IMG/VR virus record: IMGVR_UViG_3300005805_000289
Span: 1 to 31,775 of that record
DNA from: a virus
Lineage: Duplodnaviria; Caudoviricetes
Direction: 5' to 3' (one strand)
Length of the DNA: 31,775 nucleotides
In this document: positions 31,751 through 31,775 of the stretch, piece after piece
How the letters are laid out: the number at the start of each line of letters is the position of its first letter
Position numbering within the stretch: the first letter of the stretch is position 1
The notes under the pieces: generated by a model
Databases searched by the model: none
Seen by the model: the letters and a program-made list of their open reading frames with translations, nothing else
Told to the model about the DNA's origin: nothing
Translations under genes and position numbers: made by a program

Positions 31751-31775
31751 GATTTGGGACCCCCCACGCATAGCG

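Noticed and set aside
59-31767. Many long plus-strand and alternate-frame ORFs in the track (e.g. 3125-3784, 4977-5597, 12529-13149, 20543-21250)
   Set aside because: They are shadows of motif-bearing minus-strand genes in GC-rich DNA, with low-complexity translations and no recognisable motifs. Only 7050-7277 occupies free space.
1-31775. Integrase, CI repressor, tRNA, reverse transcriptase/DGR, intron or intein
   Set aside because: No matching motifs or long near-identical repeat pairs were seen by eye, and core genes are uninterrupted. A computational scan could still find weak cases.

Overview
This window looks like a near-complete (about 31.8 kb) genome of a siphovirus-type tailed phage with an Actinomycetota host, inferred from WhiB, an Rpf domain, an r1t-type holin, an Amidase_2 endolysin and actinobacterial-type DnaA boxes. 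All genes but one are on the minus strand. In transcription order (right to left): an array of 7 DnaA-box-like 9-mers; terS, terL, portal, a multidomain prohead protease and an HK97-fold capsid; four glycosyltransferases plus an acetyltransferase, with a fifth glycosyltransferase among the neck/tail genes; tail genes including a frameshifted chaperone and tape measure; a lysis module split by a metallophosphoesterase/DUF6378-like cassette; a hairpin and sigma70-like promoter; an early/replication region (acidic protein, membrane peptides, resolvase, WhiB, exonuclease, SSB, RHH protein, stand-alone secreted Rpf, HNH, primase-polymerase/helicase with an iteron-like array); and a terminal HNH gene that runs off the left edge. 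I found no integrase, tRNA or CRISPR array. The main leads are the DnaA-box array, the stand-alone Rpf, the HiPIP-like domain in the protease, the glycosylation cassette and the Ocr-like acidic first early gene. Family calls come from motif recognition by eye, not database searches, and many starts were re-assigned from the ORF track using RBS and stop/start overlaps.
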